From NCBI RefSeq assembly GCF_009914755.1, contig NC_060925.1: DNA of 64,000 bases. One strand, written 5' to 3'. The translations under genes were made by a program, and so were the position numbers. The stretch's first letter is position 1; each line of letters begins with the position of its first letter. Positions 59,574-64,000 of this stretch are shown here, piece after piece. A model generated the notes under the pieces. The model had not been told where the DNA came from and did no database searches. It saw only the letters and a program-made list of their open reading frames with translations. Source of the DNA: the human T2T-CHM13v2.0 reference genome, Homo sapiens.

Positions 59574-59895
59574 AATACCATAAATAAAATTAAAATTCCA
59601 CAATTGGAAAATGTATTTTCAGCATATGTTACAAAGGGATACATCCTTTGATAATTGTATACAGCATTCCTATAAATCAACTAGAAAAATATGACTAATC
59701 CAATAGCAAAAGGTGATGATAAATATTTATTCTTTCAATCCACAAATATGTATTAAGAAAATGGTTCCTCCCTACCCTGAACAAGGCAATTATGTTCAAG
59801 AGGGAGGAAATGGACAATAAATACATTGGAAAATAAATAAATAAGCAGAGACTCAAATAACAAGAAAGAGCCAGCTACTGAAAAGGTAAAGGAAA

Positions 59896-59985
59896 AGAGA
59901 AGAGAAGAGAAGAGAAGAGAAGAGAAGAGAAGAGAAGAGAAGAGAAGAGAAGAGAAGAGAAGAGAAGAGAAGAGAAGAGAAGAGA
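59896..59985 (+). repeat. (AGAGA)18 pentanucleotide microsatellite
   Basis: 90 bp of uninterrupted repeat. Confidence 0.97.
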
Positions 59986-61189
59986 AAAGGCCCCAGGGTG
60001 TGAGGGGATTTGAAGTCTTCAAGGTAGAGAAAGAAGGCCAATATGGAGGAGAACATAGAAAGATGAGTCCTGGGAACATCGGGACTTGTTAGGCCATGAG
60101 AAGGAGTCTGGATTTTACACTACCTGAAACAGGAAATCAAGGGACAGTTATACATAGGTGAATGACAAGATCTGATATTTATTTTTAAAAGATCAGTCAT
60201 CTGAAGTGTAGGGAGTAGACTTCAGGGAGTTAAGAGTGAAAGCTGAGAGATAAATTAGGAGGTGTTTTCAGTAGTCAAGTGAAAAAATAGGTTAAGCTGG
60301 ACTCTATTTCCTTTAGAGAAATGTCTGAATTGACAGCCACGCACATGAAATATTTTGCTAGCTATTGCCAAACTGCCTTCTAAAACAAGCAACAGCTATG
60401 TCAGAGTGCTTACTTCCTCTAATTCTTATTAATACTAGATATTCCTTGTGTCATCTTTGGTACTATCATAGACTAACAGTTTATATTATTTCAATTTGCA
60501 CCTATTTGAATAATAGTAAGAACAATTATATGTGTTGTTGACATTTTTAGGTTTTTTTTAATGCACACCAAATTCAATAGTCAGTTATTTCTTCATATTA
60601 GTCCATCCCTCCGCAACATTTGACATTTGGACTGCTGTCGTTTTTGTTTTTTGTGGTTTTTTTTTTTTTTGAAATATTTTCTTCTGAAATCTTCTTGGAC
60701 GTCAAAGTCTCCTGGATTTCCAACTCACACTAAGTTCTCTCTTCCTTGGGCTCATTTTCAGGCTCCACATTGGCCAAATCTCTGAATGTTGGGGCATCCC
60801 AAGGATGTTGACCCTATTTTCTACCTATGCTCTCCCCTAGGTGACCTCATCTGATGCCACCCCAAGACTTTCAACACCATCTAGAGATCAGGGATTCCCA
60901 AATTACTATTTCCACTCCTACCTTCACCCTTAGCACCTGGTGTGTAGATATTTCCGCTTAACTTAGTGCGTATCTCAAACTCAACCTGCCTGAAACATAT
61001 TGAACTATGAAGCTTCTCCTCCCTGGTGTTGCCCATCACAGTGAATGGTGCCCCCATTCCCTCAGTCACTCTACTCTTCCTTTCTCACTCCCTTTGCCCA
61101 CACTTTTAAGAACTGTCTTTTGCAAATAAAGCAAATGGGAGCCAAAAAGGCAGGGGATGGAGGGGTCACAAGAATGTCTACTTGGCATT

Positions 61190-61565
61190 TGATATAGTTT
61201 GACTGTGTTTCCACCCAAATCTCATCTTGAATTGTAATCCCCGTAATCCCCATGTGTCAAGGGAGGGACCCAGTGGAAGGTGATTGGATCATGGGGGCAA
61301 TTTACCCCGTGCTGTTCTCATGATAGTGAGTAAATTCTCATGAGAACTGATGGTTTTATAAGGGCTTCTTCCCCCTTTGCTTTCTATACATGCTCTCTCT
61401 TGCCTGTGGCCGTGTAAGACATGCCTGCTACCCCTTCTATGACTATTGTAAGTTTCCTGAGGCCTCCCCAGCCATGTGGAACTGTGAGTCAATTAAACCT
61501 CTTTTTTTAATAAATTACCCAGTCTTAGGCAGTTCTTTACAGCAGTGTGAGAACGAACTAATATA
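61190..61565 (+). mobile_element. THE1C/D-like solo LTR
   Basis: tgatatagtttgactgtgtttccacccaaatctcatc...gaactaatata; 5-bp TSD gcatt. Confidence 0.92.
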
Positions 61566-62188
61566 GCATTGTAATAAAAAGACAGAAACAAATGAAATAT
61601 TCATCATAAGAGATTAAGTAAATCATAATACAGTCATAGAATGAAGACTATGAAGCCTTTACAAATCATGGAATAGGTCTATTATTAGGTGAAAAAGCAA
61701 GTTGCAGAGCAGTATAATCTCAGACTGAGATAATACAAATACAACTGCAACATAGAAAGTTTTCTTCGGAGGGTAGGATTACAAAATAAGTGCTTTGAAC
61801 ATGTTTGTTTTGTTCACATTTTTAATGAGAAGCAAGCTATCATTCGTATGTTATACAAACCAAAACTTACAAAAATAGAATTGGCGAAGTGGAGGTAAAT
61901 GAGGATAAATGTACAGGGTCATAAATGAGGATGTTTTTCATGTAAATTTTCCTAGGAAAGCCACAGATCGAACCTGTAGAAGAAGTGTCATTGGAACCCT
62001 AGAAGCATATAGCCATGGACTATGCTTAAACATAGCAGTAGCAGAGAAGCTGATGTAATGTCTTCTCAGCCCTAAAGCTCTACCTAAAGTAGAGATTTGG
62101 AGGCATGTTTAACAAAAAAGACCAAATGGAAAAAGATTATAGGTGCACAAATGCAGTGGCTATGGCATATATGCAGCTATTTAAATAT

Positions 62189-62638
62189 TGTAAAAGGAAA
62201 AGAAATCTTGGGGCCCCAAAATTCTAAGCCAAAGGGAAGAGTCAAGCAGGGAATTGCTTAGGATAAACCTGACTCCCATTCTATTCAAAGTCATCCCTCT
62301 GCTCACTGAGATAAATGTATATCTGATTGCCTACTTTGGAAAGGCCAATCAGAAACTCAAAAGAATGCAACCATTTGTCACTCATCTACCTGTGACCTGG
62401 AAGCTCCCTCCCTGTTTTGAGTTGTCCCACCTTTCTGGAAGGAACCAATGTACATCTTACATATATTGATTAATGTCTCATGTCTCCCCCAAAATGTATA
62501 AAACCAAGCTGTTCTCCAGCCACCTTGGGTATATGTTGTCAGGACCTCCTGAGGCTGTGTCATGGGCATCCATCCTCAACTTTGGCAAAATAAACTTTTT
62601 AAATTAACTGAGACCAGTCTCAGCTATTCAGGTTCACA
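62189..62638 (+). mobile_element. MER4A1-like 5' LTR
   Basis: tgtaaaaggaaaagaaatcttgggccccaaa...ttcaggttcaca; tataaaa and aataaa present; followed by a PBS. Confidence 0.9.
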
Positions 62639-62641
62639 TTT

Positions 62642-62659
62642 TGGTAACCACAAAGGGAT
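62642..62659 (+). other. Retroviral primer-binding site (tRNA-Arg-like)
   Basis: tggtaaccacaaagggat starts 3 nt after the LTR end; near-complement of the recalled tRNA-Arg(TCG) 3' end (TGGTAACCACGAAGGGAT). Confidence 0.7.
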
Positions 62660-63109
62660 TTTGAGTGGAGGTGCTCCTGACCTTTGACAAATCTCCTATC
62701 AGTGCTTGGTCCCAGCTTGCACTATGTTTATGGCTCAAAGCAATAGGACAATTTGCCGAGGTCTGGAAGCACACCCTCCAGAGAATCCCTGATATCACAA
62801 AACTTGGTCAAGATATAAAGTTTATTTTACTGTACAACTCCTTTTTTTTTTTTTTTTTAAGTTTTACTTGCTTCCAACACAAGGAAGGCAAGTTTTTCCT
62901 GCTTCCATGATGATGGAAGGCAGGTAACTCCTTTATGGAGTTTCAGCTCACTTCCAACAGAGAAGATAAATTTGAGTTTTTTCCTTCTTCTAGGATGGTA
63001 GGGTAATCTTCAGCCTGAGACCCATCCCTAGGTAAATAACTGAATTGGGCCTTGTTTCGGCTAAAGTTAAGATTAACAACCAGCTGGTCTTAATTTCTCC
63101 TTACCATTA

Positions 63110-63698
63110 TGTTGGGGTGATCAGACCCAACACGAGGTCGTGGGGGCAATGAAGTCTGGCAGCGTCAAAGGATTGAGAAAAAGACAGTTTGAGAGAGAAA
63201 GCTGGAACCAGGGGGCCATCGTGATTGTGGAGGCTGCGAAGGCCCTGAGCTGTGGGAGCTCACGCTACTTATTGGTAATCCAACAAAGAAACAGGTGGTG
63301 AGAATGTGGGGGGTCAAAAGGGTGCATTGCATTAAGCACATGATTTACAGCTGTGATGGTTTAGCATTTGCCCTGCTACTTGAGATAATGGAGAGCAGGT
63401 TCTTTTAACTCAAGATACAATGGATCCTGAGAGAGCAAGGAGCAAGGAGCCAGCAAGTCTAGACACATTCCAGAGCCATGAGCCCTGGATTCTGTCCAAG
63501 CCATGAGGGATTTTATACCCTGGGCTTAGATTATGGTGCATCAGGGTAGCCTTCCACCCTTTAGCACAGAGCTTGGTGTTCCAAAGGCCACAAGGGGTTT
63601 TAGACCCTGGACCCCAGACATGTTCCAAGACTCTTTTACCTTATGTCAGACATGCAAGCCCTGCCTCAGCTTCTCCCAACACTCAGCTTTTCCCAACA
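63110..63698 (-). mobile_element. LTR14B-like (HERV-K14/HML-1) solo LTR nested in MER4-int
   Basis: Reverse complement tgttgggaaaagctgagtgttgggagaagctgaggcagggcttgcatgtctgac...; 6-bp TSD ccatta (63104-63109 and 63699-63704), the betaretroviral-type length. Confidence 0.9.
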
Positions 63699-64000
63699 CC
63701 ATTAGAGTGCTTAGTAATCATACAAGTGGTGTGATTGCTTATCTTGACTAATTTTTGTTGTTGTTTGTTTCTGTTTCTGTTGTCATTTCATTCTTTTTCC
63801 CATTGGGTTTGACCAACTCTATCTGACTTGATCAAATCTGAAGGAAATTTCCAAATTATTGGGAACAAGTTCTCTGAAGTGGCTAAATTCTCATAAAAAA
63901 AGAAAAACATGGTAAGGAGGGCAGAGAAAAATGGCCACCAAAAGGAAAAAAGGAAAAAGGAAACATTTTTATTTTGACTTCTTAAGGGGATTTATTTACA

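Larger units (their letters stand above)
62639..64000 (+). mobile_element. MER4-int proviral leader (runs off the window)
   Basis: Follows the LTR and PBS; sequence resumes after the LTR14B insertion. Confidence 0.75.

Noticed and set aside
59753-60079. ORFs with FSSLL repeats
   Set aside because: They are translations of the (TCTCT)n microsatellite.

Overview
Primate (catarrhine, probably human or ape, since an AluY-type element is present) non-coding genomic DNA, AT-rich and repeat-dense. I find no supportable protein-coding gene, RNA gene or CRISPR array. The longer ORFs in the track come from Alu, L1 or GC-rich LTR sequence. The window holds 14 Alus plus a FLAM, several L1 fossils (L1MC-like, HAL1-like, L1PA/PB-like, L1ME-like), L2 and MIR fragments, DNA transposons (MER7/Tigger3, MER44, MER115-like) and many LTRs (MER52 x2, LTR1, THE1 x3, MER21, MLT1/MLT2, MER4A1 with PBS and internal sequence, LTR14B). 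The most unusual structure is a ~4.6 kb quasi-palindrome at 19466-24070. An L1 segment carrying a MER52 LTR at the identical nucleotide occurs twice in inverted orientation. The arms share private variants, one arm has a later LTR1 insertion, and the two LTR promoters face outward. Three repeat-free, motif-dense islands (~0.8-1.9 kb, ~37.4-38.4 kb, ~48.0-48.55 kb) look like cis-regulatory elements. Repeat subfamily names come from my recall of consensus sequences and need RepeatMasker/Dfam confirmation. I could not identify the locus or host gene, and I cannot support a novel multi-gene system here.
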